Positions 17,337 through 26,375 of a stretch of 64,000 bases of DNA are shown piece after piece. The stretch spans positions 32,001-96,000 of IMG/VR virus record IMGVR_UViG_3300048694_001005; one strand, given 5' to 3'. A model generated the notes under the pieces. That model had not been told where the DNA came from. It made no database searches and saw only the letters and a list, made by a program, of their open reading frames with translations. Every line of letters starts with the position of its first letter. Within the stretch, counting starts at the first letter, position 1. A program made the translations under genes and the position numbers. This stretch comes from a virus.

Positions 17337-18386
17337 TTAATCAATCACGCTATTTTTGTTTGTACCACTAGCTTGGCTTGTAGTTGGCTTCTTTGCAGCT
17401 TCCAACTTCTTGCTACCACCAGCAGTATTTTGCACTTTGCCAATCAAATCTTTTGGCTTCTCTGAGCTAGGTGCGCTCTTGCCATCTGGATTTGCTTGAC
17501 CACCGCTGCCACGTGCGATATTTTTTGTAGTACCGCCCATGTCATTCTTTCCTGCAACGGGATTTTTTGTGTAAACCGTAGCTACTCTACCTGCGTTACC
17601 AACACCTTTACCTTCGGTGTTCTCAGGTGTAGAAACTTTTTCAACATATTCACGCATTAGTTCTGCTACGCTTTTTGTACGAAATTGTTTGCTTTCTTCC
17701 ACAGTTTCTTCTTCCTCTTCTTCCTCGTCTTCTTCGGCAGACTCTTCCAAGGATTCTTCTTCCTCTTCTTCAGCTGCTTCTTCTACGGTTTCTTCCTCAG
17801 AAGCTTCGTCTAGCGACTCTTCATCCTCTTCGCCAGCTTCTTCTTCACCGGCTTCTTCTTCGTCACCCATTTCTTCTTCGCCGTCGTCTTCACCGCCAAA
17901 GTCTGGGTCATCAATGCCATCGTTGTGCTCTGGCTCGTTCTTTTCATCGGCCATAAGATCGTCAAATTCACGCTTTAATTCTTCCAGCGCATCTTCTAGA
18001 TCCATAACGCGATCTTCAAGTTCTTCTTCGCCACCCATGTCATCGGCACCCATTTCATCGCCCATGCCATCGCCTGCTGGCTCGTCACCAAACTCGCCAG
18101 CCATGTCCTGTGCTTGATCGTCACTGGGCATATCCATGGCCATTTCGTCATCTTCTTCGCTGACTAAATCTTCTTCAACTTCGCCCTGCATATCGCTCAT
18201 ACCTTCATCGGCCATAGCAGGATCCATTGCTACTTCTTCTAAATCGGTTTCGTCAAGTACACTTTCGTAAATTTGACGGCTGCGATTAACTACTATATCA
18301 TGAAATACAGCACGAGCTTTGTCGGTCTCATCGTTTAGGATGTACTCAATCAGCTGCTCATACTGGTTAGATGTTCTTTTGCTCAT
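17337..18386 (-). CDS. Highly acidic prohead core/assembly protein
   Basis: E/D-rich central third with repeated [LV]-[DE]-E sites; located between portal and protease, like T4 gp67/gp68. Confidence 0.7.
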   Translation of the reverse strand: MSKRTSNQYEQLIEYILNDETDKARAVFHDIVVNRSRQIYESVLDETDLEEVAMDPAMADEGMSDMQGEVEEDLVSEEDDEMAMDMPSDDQAQDMAGEFGDEPAGDGMGDEMGADDMGGEEELEDRVMDLEDALEELKREFDDLMADEKNEPEHNDGIDDPDFGGEDDGEEEMGDEEEAGEEEAGEEDEESLDEASEEETVEEAAEEEEEESLEESAEEDEEEEEEETVEESKQFRTKSVAELMREYVEKVSTPENTEGKGVGNAGRVATVYTKNPVAGKNDMGGTTKNIARGSGGQANPDGKSAPSSEKPKDLIGKVQNTAGGSKKLEAAKKPTTSQASGTNKNSVID

Positions 18387-18422
18387 ATAAGACTCCTTTT
18401 AGGGTTAGCATATCTACATGGA

Positions 18423-18428
18423 TATTTA
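18423..18428 (-). promoter_or_regulatory. Late promoter TAAATA for the core-protease-scaffold-capsid operon
   Basis: GTAAATATC upstream of SD AAAGGAG. Confidence 0.6.
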
Positions 18429-18440
18429 CTACATACATAA

Positions 18441-18467
18441 AAAAACCGCTTGATATAAGCGGTTTTT
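18441..18467. terminator. Intrinsic terminator (symmetric)
   Basis: AAAAACCGCTT-GATAT-AAGCGGTTTTT. Confidence 0.8.
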
Positions 18468-18490
18468 GGGGTTTTTCTTGCAAAAATTAT

Positions 18491-18760
18491 CTATAATCCA
18501 GGTCCTGGCTGTGCAGGTGCAGCATATTGTTTACGTACTCGTTTAATATCCTGCTGCTTTTCAATTGCTCGCAATTCATTCATAAGCCTCAGTTTGTTAA
18601 TATGACCAAGAGTTAGACGAGTTTTTCTAGTGTTTGATATTTTTAGCTTGGTATTGTCCTCGCCAGGACTGAACCTGTAGTCAGTATCCTTGCGACTTGT
18701 ATCTGCATCGTCGGCATCGCGGCTAGTGGCTGGGAACATTTCAACTATAAACATGATCAA
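18491..18760 (-). CDS. Small conserved head-assembly protein
   Basis: RKTRLTLGHINKLRLMNELR...VRKQY; immediately after the portal; ATG 18754 is the likely start. Confidence 0.65.
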   Translation of the reverse strand: MIMFIVEMFPATSRDADDADTSRKDTDYRFSPGEDNTKLKISNTRKTRLTLGHINKLRLMNELRAIEKQQDIKRVRKQYAAPAQPGPGL

Positions 18761-18764
18761 TTAT

Positions 18765-20498
18765 TTATGCTGTAGGTGCACCCGCCATGCCCGGTGGCCC
18801 AGCTGCTGCCGGTGCTGCGCCCGGTACTGGTGCTATACCTGCTGCACCAGGCGCAGGCTCTGCACCCAACATACCGCCTTCATCTGGCGGTGTTAAACTA
18901 TCTGCCATGGACATGTCTGTTTCAATACCGCCCGGTGTCACACCCACACCACGTAAACCAACATCGCCCGGTGTGGACTCTGAGGCATCACCTTTTTCTT
19001 CCTGCCACAAGTCATCATTTTCCGCCATTTCTTCCTCAGTCAAGCCCAAATAACGCTTGAGCAAGAAACGTTTGCTCAAGTAAGGCACTTGTTCCAAGCT
19101 GGTAAATGTTTGTACTTTGGCTGAATCTACTTCGGCCTGTTTGTATGTGCTAAAGTTTTGTGGCTCACAGAATGCTAGTTCAAAAATACTACCATCAATA
19201 TTCACACCACGCCAACGGCAATACATTTTAAACTCTTTGTCCAGTTTTTCAGACAACATGTTCTGCAGTCGTTTACAATATTGATTGAAACGCCATTCCT
19301 GTATCAGTGCGGTTCCTACTTTGCCATCGGTAAATGCTTGTGTGCCATCTTCGGGGCCAGTAGGCAAATAGCTACTGGGTATACGTAGGCCACGGAATAA
19401 TTTGTTTGTGAAGAAACGCAGGTCGTCAATCTCACCTAGATTTTGACCACCGGCAAGAGTGGTTACATCACTACCACGACCACCTTCGCCCACTGGAAAG
19501 AAATAATCTTCATTTATAGATAATGGATTGTATGTTGCATCCATCATATTGCTGCCGCCACCGGCTTGTGTAGGTATGCGGCGCTGCCAAACTTCATTTT
19601 TTACCCGCTCAACAAATGCCATGGCCATGTGGCTGGGCATATTACCCACGTCAATCTTAAATACTCTACGCTCAGGGGCACGTTGTACGCGGTAAATGAT
19701 GATGCTGTCTTCCAGCAATTCTTTTTGTTTGAATACTTTGAAAATCTGTTCCAATATACTGTTACCAAATGGCCAGTTTACATCCAGGCCTTCAGTTAAG
19801 CTAAAATGTACCACATGTTCTGCATTGATGCAGGATTCGTTTTGTGCATGACTGAACCGTGTGCCGCCACTGTAAGGCGTCTTGGGTTGCACATAAGCCC
19901 CACTGGGACCACCCACCTGTGGATGATTGACAAATGTATCGCTAGTACTAACCTGTGTGACTGTTAAGTTTTGAAAGTTAGGGTTTATTTCTTTCACTAT
20001 ATATTGCTCTGGTTCTTTGCCCTTGCTTTCATTCACAATAACTTTAGTAACTTTACTCATTTCTACCCAATAAAGTTCAAAGGTTTCCGGATCACGTAAA
20101 AAAACTTGGTCTCCATACTTCAAAGTATTTCTAAATAGTTTGAAGATACGCTTGTTTAGTTTGTTTAGATTACACCAAGTTTGTAGTTGTTCTTTAAGTA
20201 TATTGATTTCACGATCAGTAGGTCGTTCTTTGAACTTGAGATCAAATGGTGTATGTGTTTCTTTATTGGATTGTGTACAGAATTCAGCCAACACGTCCAG
20301 TGCCGCATTGACCTCGCTGTCACAATCCATTTGTTCGTATTGATTGTAACGATCTAGTCGGTTGGGGTGTCCAATATAAACTTCTGGTAATTGGTATTGG
20401 TAGTTTCTATACGCAAAATCGTTAACGTTTTGCCCAGCATTAGACAGTGGGCTTACGTTGTTAATCTCTACGACTTTAAAATGCTTTTTCCAGCTCAC
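18765..20498 (-). CDS. gp20: Portal vertex protein (T4 gp20-like)
   Basis: LLEDSIIIYRVQRAPERRVFKIDVGNMP...EDYFFP...GGQNLGEIDDL.FF..KL.RGLRIP; GTG start. Confidence 0.97.
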   Translation of the reverse strand: MSWKKHFKVVEINNVSPLSNAGQNVNDFAYRNYQYQLPEVYIGHPNRLDRYNQYEQMDCDSEVNAALDVLAEFCTQSNKETHTPFDLKFKERPTDREINILKEQLQTWCNLNKLNKRIFKLFRNTLKYGDQVFLRDPETFELYWVEMSKVTKVIVNESKGKEPEQYIVKEINPNFQNLTVTQVSTSDTFVNHPQVGGPSGAYVQPKTPYSGGTRFSHAQNESCINAEHVVHFSLTEGLDVNWPFGNSILEQIFKVFKQKELLEDSIIIYRVQRAPERRVFKIDVGNMPSHMAMAFVERVKNEVWQRRIPTQAGGGSNMMDATYNPLSINEDYFFPVGEGGRGSDVTTLAGGQNLGEIDDLRFFTNKLFRGLRIPSSYLPTGPEDGTQAFTDGKVGTALIQEWRFNQYCKRLQNMLSEKLDKEFKMYCRWRGVNIDGSIFELAFCEPQNFSTYKQAEVDSAKVQTFTSLEQVPYLSKRFLLKRYLGLTEEEMAENDDLWQEEKGDASESTPGDVGLRGVGVTPGGIETDMSMADSLTPPDEGGMLGAEPAPGAAGIAPVPGAAPAAAGPPGMAGAPTA

Positions 20499-20521
20499 GA
20501 TGAATCCTTCAATATATTAGC

Positions 20522-20529
20522 TATTTATA
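20522..20529 (-). promoter_or_regulatory. Late promoter TATAAATA
   Basis: Perfect consensus upstream of the portal gene. Confidence 0.75.
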
Positions 20530-20555
20530 GACTCATCGTGGTAGCCAAACAACTC

Positions 20556-21755
20556 TTAACGGTCCATCTTTTTCCAAAGTGCCATAATGTCATTGGATGT
20601 TTTTGATTCCAGGATTACTGACTTTTTGGCTACTTTTGGCTGCGGCTTGGACTTTTTAACCAATCGACTTTCGGTTAGTTGTTTGAGGTCGGCTTTGGGC
20701 TTTGTTGCTTTTGGATTAGCTACAAAGCTTTCAAACATACTCAATGCATTTTCCGCTGTACGAGTAACACGAGATTCTCCGGCTGCTTGCCGTTGTTGGA
20801 ATTGTCTCACGTAATCAGCTTGGGACATTTCGCTCGGTGAACGAGCTGTTGGGGTTGCATTTACCGTCGCCTTAACCTTAGTAGGAGTTATTTGTGCCGC
20901 CGTCGCAGGTGCCGCCATTGAAGCTGTGCCTTTTGTTGACATTGGCTCGGTGTAAGATGCCATGGTAGGAGCAGTGGTTGCTGCTGTTGGTGCTGTTGGT
21001 GCTGTTGGTGCATTAGGCTGTGCCGAAATCTGCGCAATCAATTTGGCGTCTTTTGGGTTATTCGGATCTAATTTTTGACCACCGATGCTAATTGGTTCCT
21101 GCTGTTTCCCAGGTTGTGTTTGTGTGGGTTTGGTCTTTTTGCTTACCACATATTGTAACGCTCGAACAGCCTGTTGAAACTCCGTTTGAGATAATTTGAG
21201 CATTGCTTCTTTGATATCGCTTACTGAAAGTTTAGGAGCCTGTGCCGCAGTTGCTTGTATTGGTTGAGCCGTCTGTGCTGCTTGCGTTGATGGTTGAGCT
21301 GCCTGCTGTGCTGCGGCTTTTTGCGCCTCTAGTTCTGCTCTATCTTCTTCGGCATTCTTCTTGTAGTTTCTCAAATCTACCTGCGCTTGAGCTGCGACTT
21401 TTGGGTCAGGTGACATGGCTTTTTTATTGATATCATTGTACCAATCAGCTACACTTGCAAATCCTGCAGATTGCGCCCATTCAGCATTTGTTTTCTGTGC
21501 TGGGTTTGGTGCAGTAACTACTCTTTGAATAGGTTCAGGAGTAGTTGTTGCGGCGGACGCAGGAGTAGTGTTTGGTACCTTCGCTGCGGTAGGTTGTGCA
21601 GTTCTAGCCATTGCTCGTTTAGCGCCCACCGTTCCAAAATCAGTTATTGCAGGGCTTGTTTGTGTAGCTGGCGCCAGTCGTTTCTTTGCTTTTCCGGCTA
21701 GTCCACGTAAAAAATCAAATGGTCCTTCTTTGATCGAACGTTTGTTGTTTTTCAT
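20556..21755 (-). CDS. Hypothetical A/P/Q/T-rich protein, possibly an internal virion protein
   Basis: Low-complexity protein with N-terminal SIKE/G and C-terminal LTE/S and ILE/S motifs. Confidence 0.6.
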   Translation of the reverse strand: MKNNKRSIKEGPFDFLRGLAGKAKKRLAPATQTSPAITDFGTVGAKRAMARTAQPTAAKVPNTTPASAATTTPEPIQRVVTAPNPAQKTNAEWAQSAGFASVADWYNDINKKAMSPDPKVAAQAQVDLRNYKKNAEEDRAELEAQKAAAQQAAQPSTQAAQTAQPIQATAAQAPKLSVSDIKEAMLKLSQTEFQQAVRALQYVVSKKTKPTQTQPGKQQEPISIGGQKLDPNNPKDAKLIAQISAQPNAPTAPTAPTAATTAPTMASYTEPMSTKGTASMAAPATAAQITPTKVKATVNATPTARSPSEMSQADYVRQFQQRQAAGESRVTRTAENALSMFESFVANPKATKPKADLKQLTESRLVKKSKPQPKVAKKSVILESKTSNDIMALWKKMDR

Positions 21756-22204
21756 ATTTTATATCCATCTGCTCTAAGTTCATCTATCAATTCACCAGCT
21801 TCTTCTACAGACAAAGATCGTATTGCCTTAATAACGTTTTGGATTGTTTGTACCGTTTGTGAGGTTTTTGGGGGTTGTGAGGGTTGTGGCGCAGTATCTT
21901 CCTCTGCTGCTAATTGTTTGTGATAAGCTTCAATATATTTGTATATTGACTGATTGTCAAAAGATTCAGGATCTGGTGGCCAGTTTTTCAATGGGGTTAG
22001 AAATTCTGTTTTAAATTTGTTAAAACCAGTAGCATCTGGTGTATATTTATTTGTTCCTAGGCGTTGATTCCAAGCACTGTAAGTTTGGCTGATTAATTTA
22101 TACAACCAATCTTGCCCTTTTTTCTGTTCTGCAGCCGCAGCTTTATCTTGTTTGTTGCCAAAGGGCCAAAATTCGTCCAATCTTACAATGTCTTTGGTTT
22201 TCAT
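21752..22204 (-). CDS. Hypothetical protein
   Basis: 150 aa, N-terminus MKTKDIVRLDE; TAAATA at 22226..22221 upstream. Confidence 0.6.
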   Translation of the reverse strand: MKTKDIVRLDEFWPFGNKQDKAAAAEQKKGQDWLYKLISQTYSAWNQRLGTNKYTPDATGFNKFKTEFLTPLKNWPPDPESFDNQSIYKYIEAYHKQLAAEEDTAPQPSQPPKTSQTVQTIQNVIKAIRSLSVEEAGELIDELRADGYKI

Positions 22205-22223
22205 AATATATTTCCAGTAATAT

Positions 22224-24767
22224 TTATGCCATATTAGCAGCCATTTGCTTCATAATACTATTACTATTTTTTATCTCTGCTAATATTTGGGCGTTTAAAT
22301 CTACGCCGCTGCGTACACTGTCCAGTTGATCCTGTGCCAGTTTGGCCGTTGTTTCGGAAGTTTTTTGCACGGCTCCGGAAGATGTATCACTTCCCGCAGC
22401 GAGTGCTAAACCAGTTGCTTTCGAGCTTAGACTTGTTGCTGGCGCTAATGTGGGTTCGGTTAAGGATTTTCCCTTACTTTCTATCCCTGTAATTTTGTCA
22501 ATTCCAGAAGCTAGCCAATCTTGTATTGGGGTATATTCATTTAATAAGGTTCCGGCTCCATATCCTGCTGCACCTGCAGCTAATGCACTGCTAGCCAATG
22601 TACCTGCTCCTACTGCACCTACGCTAGTGCCCAGAGTAGTTCCAAGTCCCCCTGCTAATCCAGCAGCTCTACTTCCTAGGTTTCCTAAAAATCCACCAAT
22701 TCTTCCTGCAAGACCTTTACCTCCCCCGGACTGTGCCATGTGTTCTGCAATCTGCGCTTTTGATGCGAATTTGCCTTTGTCTGTAATCCATTGACCTTTT
22801 TTATTTTGACGCAGCCCACCAGATCCTCCATCACCCGCTGGACTAGACCCGCCACCACTTGGACCTAAACTCTCTGGCCCACCTTGTCCAGATTTATTAA
22901 AGATACTGGGTATTTTAGACAACAGTCCTGGAATCATGGCTCCAACAACTGTAGTTATTACATCACCAATGCCACTCATTAGCGAATTTGTAATGGAACC
23001 TGAATCATTCAATTGTTTGGATATTGCTTCATTAATTCCTTTAAGTCCCGAAACATATGTATCCATGTGTTCTATCGCCATTTTCTGCAAGCCTACCATG
23101 GAATCTTGATATGCCTTTTCTGAGGCTAAGAATTTTTTAGTTAGATCATCCTGCGTTTCTGCTGCTTTACCTAATGTTGCTAATTGTTTTGCCAGTTGTT
23201 CAGGATCTAAATTCTTTGCGGCTTCTGCAAAAGTTTGATTCATACTAGCAGATAAGCCTTCCAAACCTCCCTTACCCGCAAAGCCAGCTAATCCTATTTC
23301 TTTTGTATTTTTTCTATCTTTGAGCGTTAATTCTTTAGTGTTTGCTTGTATCTTAAGAGTTTCTTCCTGTGTTAGTATACCCTTGTTGGCTTTATCGCTG
23401 AATTCACTTACGCTTTGTGAAAATCCACGATTAGTTGACATCATTATGGCACTTTCTTTGCTTATCGCCGTTCCAAAAAGCTGCATTTCCATAAAAGCTT
23501 TTTGTTGCATTGGACTCATTGCTGCCATCGCTCTCTGAATTTCTTCTGCTTGCTTTGCCGGCATCTCTGCTAGTTTATTTTGGAATGCCAAATTGTTTGC
23601 GGCATCACGTGCTTGTTGCATTTTTGATTTGGCTTCTTCGCCGCTTACCGCACTTAGTAAACGTAAGTCTTTTGCATACTTCTCTGTCTCCTGCATTATT
23701 TCTTTATCACTTAAGCTGCGACCTTTACCAAAACGATTTAAATTTCCCATTACTTCAGAAACTAAACCAGCTTGTTCTTCAAAACTATAACCTAAGTTTT
23801 GCAAACGAACTCCTACACCAGATTTGTCTATGTCTCCTTTAATTCTGGCCATACGTTCTGCCGCGGCAGTCATACCCATGCCACTTGCACCCAAACTTTT
23901 TGCATTTTCTGAAACTACTTTGCCAAACTGCTGAACCGTTAAACCTGCTTCACCGGCCGCATTTTTCATACCAGTCATACCATCAGCAAAAACAGCACCG
24001 GATTTACTTCCTGCTTGGAAACCGTCTCGTAATTGACCAAGTTGTTTGCCTAAAATTTCAACTGCAAACTTAGCAGCTTTTGCACCATTATCGGCAAGAC
24101 TTTCTAGTGCGCCACCAGCTAATGTTGCGGCAATACCAACAGTACGCAATTTGCCGCCGCTCTGCATAGCTGCTTGACCAAATGCACCTATTGATTTACC
24201 AGCAGAACTACCAGCAGCAGCGGCACCATCTATTGCCGCGTTCATTATAGCGCCACCGGTTTCTATTGCACCTGCATTACTAGTTAAATTTCTAGCTAAC
24301 CCACCAACAGCTCCAACAGTTATATTAGTAATGGTTTTACCAAAGTTTTTAAGTTCAGCTGTTGACTCTTCTACCGCAGCTTTTTTGGCCTGCTCCGCAG
24401 CAAGAGATTTTTTCTCTTCAATTTGTTTGAGTTTTTCTGTTGCATCTCTAAGATTACCAGTTTTTAACAAAGACTGGCGTTCTTCTTCCAATGCATCTAT
24501 ATTATCGTTTATTACCTTAACCGATTCCTTTAACCGGTTGGACCAAGTTCTATTTTTTTCTTCGCTGCTGATTAATCCAGCCTTGGCATTTTGAACAGCT
24601 TTATTGTAATCCGCAGACAGTTTTTTTGCAGCATCGAAATCTTTGATTATCTGCTGCGTGGCAGTGTTCAACCGCTTCAAAGACTTTTGGTATGCTTCCG
24701 ATTCGATACCAAAATTTTTGGCTTTTCCTAGCTCTTCAAGCAATTTGTTTAGTTCAGTTTGATCCAT
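22224..24767 (-). CDS. Tape-measure-like / baseplate hub (gp29-like) protein
   Basis: 847 aa, helical and A/G/K-rich, with hydrophobic Gly/Ala stretches; divergent from gp26-like gene. Confidence 0.7.
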   Translation of the reverse strand: MDQTELNKLLEELGKAKNFGIESEAYQKSLKRLNTATQQIIKDFDAAKKLSADYNKAVQNAKAGLISSEEKNRTWSNRLKESVKVINDNIDALEEERQSLLKTGNLRDATEKLKQIEEKKSLAAEQAKKAAVEESTAELKNFGKTITNITVGAVGGLARNLTSNAGAIETGGAIMNAAIDGAAAAGSSAGKSIGAFGQAAMQSGGKLRTVGIAATLAGGALESLADNGAKAAKFAVEILGKQLGQLRDGFQAGSKSGAVFADGMTGMKNAAGEAGLTVQQFGKVVSENAKSLGASGMGMTAAAERMARIKGDIDKSGVGVRLQNLGYSFEEQAGLVSEVMGNLNRFGKGRSLSDKEIMQETEKYAKDLRLLSAVSGEEAKSKMQQARDAANNLAFQNKLAEMPAKQAEEIQRAMAAMSPMQQKAFMEMQLFGTAISKESAIMMSTNRGFSQSVSEFSDKANKGILTQEETLKIQANTKELTLKDRKNTKEIGLAGFAGKGGLEGLSASMNQTFAEAAKNLDPEQLAKQLATLGKAAETQDDLTKKFLASEKAYQDSMVGLQKMAIEHMDTYVSGLKGINEAISKQLNDSGSITNSLMSGIGDVITTVVGAMIPGLLSKIPSIFNKSGQGGPESLGPSGGGSSPAGDGGSGGLRQNKKGQWITDKGKFASKAQIAEHMAQSGGGKGLAGRIGGFLGNLGSRAAGLAGGLGTTLGTSVGAVGAGTLASSALAAGAAGYGAGTLLNEYTPIQDWLASGIDKITGIESKGKSLTEPTLAPATSLSSKATGLALAAGSDTSSGAVQKTSETTAKLAQDQLDSVRSGVDLNAQILAEIKNSNSIMKQMAANMA

Positions 24768-24784
24768 AGGGTAATTTCAAGTCA

Positions 24785-24812
24785 TAAATAATAATAATAT
24801 CAATTATTTATA
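24785..24812. promoter_or_regulatory. Overlapping divergent late promoters
   Basis: TAAATA (+) at 24785..24790 and TATAAATA (-) at 24812..24805. Confidence 0.65.
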
Positions 24813-24823
24813 GGAATAATTCC

Positions 24824-25663
24824 ATGAGTTCAAACCCGCTTGCAAAACATTTTAGACAGCCATCAATCTATATTAAATTGCCCAGCCTGGGTAAATTTTG
24901 GCCAGAAGGCAGCTTAGATTTACCAATAACTGGAGAATTACCAGTTTACCCTATGACCACCAAGGATGAGATTGTGCTTCGTACCCCAGATGCCCTAATG
25001 AATGGTGCTGGATTAGTTGAGACCATACAAAGTTGCTGCCCAAATGTTAAAAATGCATGGGTAGCACCCAATGTTGACATTGATGCCCTACTAATAGCTA
25101 TAAGAATCGCTAGTTATGGACATGACATGGATTTTGATTCTGACTGCCCGCATTGCCAAAAGTCTAATACCTATAGCATTGATTTGAGATTAGCACTTGA
25201 TTCTGTCAAATGCCCAGATTATACACAGCCATTAGATGTTGATAATTTGAAAATCATGCTGAAACCGCAGCCTTATCAACAGGCAAACGAAGCTAATACA
25301 CTGGGTTTTGAAGAACAACGTATGGTTATGTCTATAAATGAGTCTGATTTAGCGACCGAAGAAAAGGTAGCTGCGTTGGCCCAGAGGATGAAACGTTTGG
25401 CAGATATAACAACAGACATATTAACAAAAAGCACGGCTTACATTGTAGCAGAAGATGGGACTAAAGTCGATAACACAGAGCACATAAAGGAATTTTATCA
25501 AAATGCCCAGTCTACTATAATTAAGAAACTGCAGGACAAAGTTGAAGATTTGGCAAAAGAAGCTAATATAAAACCATACGCGGTAAAATGCAATGAATGT
25601 GGCGAAAATTACGAAATGGCAATTGAGTTTAATTATTCAAGTTTTTTCGGCGTAGGCTTTTGA
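24824..25663 (+). CDS. gp26: Baseplate hub subunit / tail assembly chaperone (T4 gp26-like)
   Basis: NPLAKHFRQP.IYIKLPS...PMTTKDE...PDAL; CPHC and CNEC zinc pairs; ends SSFFGVGF. Confidence 0.75.
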   Translation: MSSNPLAKHFRQPSIYIKLPSLGKFWPEGSLDLPITGELPVYPMTTKDEIVLRTPDALMNGAGLVETIQSCCPNVKNAWVAPNVDIDALLIAIRIASYGHDMDFDSDCPHCQKSNTYSIDLRLALDSVKCPDYTQPLDVDNLKIMLKPQPYQQANEANTLGFEEQRMVMSINESDLATEEKVAALAQRMKRLADITTDILTKSTAYIVAEDGTKVDNTEHIKEFYQNAQSTIIKKLQDKVEDLAKEANIKPYAVKCNECGENYEMAIEFNYSSFFGVGF

Positions 25664-25878
25664 CATTAGATAACGACGCTATCATAGCAATGCTTGATGG
25701 CTATGATAAAGAATCAAAGGCCTTAAAAACAGAAGCGTTAAAGTTTTGTTGGTATATGCGAGGCGGTCTTACCTACACCGAAGCCATGGACCTAAGCAAG
25801 GCCGAACGTGAAATCGTAGCTAAAATTGTAGAAGACAATATAGAAACTACAAAAAAGTCAGGGTTACCCTTCTTTTAG
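25660..25878 (+). CDS. gp51-like hub assembly protein, possibly made as a -1 frameshift extension of gp26
   Basis: WYMRGGLTY.EAMDLS..ERE; TTG start with a weak SD; in the -1 frame relative to gp26, with T TTT TTC at 25642..25648. Confidence 0.65.
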   Translation: MTLDNDAIIAMLDGYDKESKALKTEALKFCWYMRGGLTYTEAMDLSKAEREIVAKIVEDNIETTKKSGLPFF

Positions 25879-25924
25879 AAGCCATAGTTATACACACAAT
25901 TATTTTATTTTAGGTATTCTTTAA

Positions 25925-26360
25925 AGATGTGCTAACGCACATCTGCATTTCGCTTACGCTCATGCATTTTGTTGATACCTTAATTGCTTTTAAGACTGTA
26001 TGCTTTTGACTGTGGTATTCATCCAGATCAATCAGTCATAATATGCCTTGACAGACATATTATGAAAGAAACGCTTCATCCGAGTCGTTACAGTCACTGA
26101 TCTAAAGAGATTACAAATTTATTTGCACGGACGCGGTTGATCGGTACGCCCTACTCTAGCATTGCTTGTTATCAACGGGACCTACATTACACGGATCAGC
26201 GGCGTAATGTAAGTTATGGGTTGTGCCTGTTTCACAGAGCCCAAGATCCTTTGGAGCCTAAGGTAGTTCTTGCCTTGCAACACCTGAAATCCGACGGCAT
26301 CAGCTGACTGGCAGTCTCGACAGGGGTCTAGCAGCCTAGACCAAACGCGGTTGCTATGTA
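25925..26360 (-). ncRNA. Candidate large structured non-coding RNA (alternatively a structured DNA site such as an origin)
   Basis: ORF-free ~500-nt gap in a genome that is otherwise wall-to-wall coding. It holds at least 5 perfect stems of 7-10 bp, long-range pairings, a predicted pseudoknot and two internal direct repeats. Strand is inferred. Confidence 0.55.
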
Positions 26361-26375
26361 TTGCCTAAATTATTC

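Noticed and set aside
17617-18117. Ser-rich 166-aa plus-strand ORF and GAA/TTC repeat tract
   Set aside because: Antisense shadow of the Glu-rich core protein; the repeats are codon-level low complexity, not a CRISPR or satellite array
25880-26375. Group I/II intron, tRNA, tmRNA or CRISPR identity for the structured gap
   Set aside because: No interrupted gene, no cloverleaf or T-loop consensus, no recognisable P7 or domain V, and no regularly spaced repeats; left unassigned
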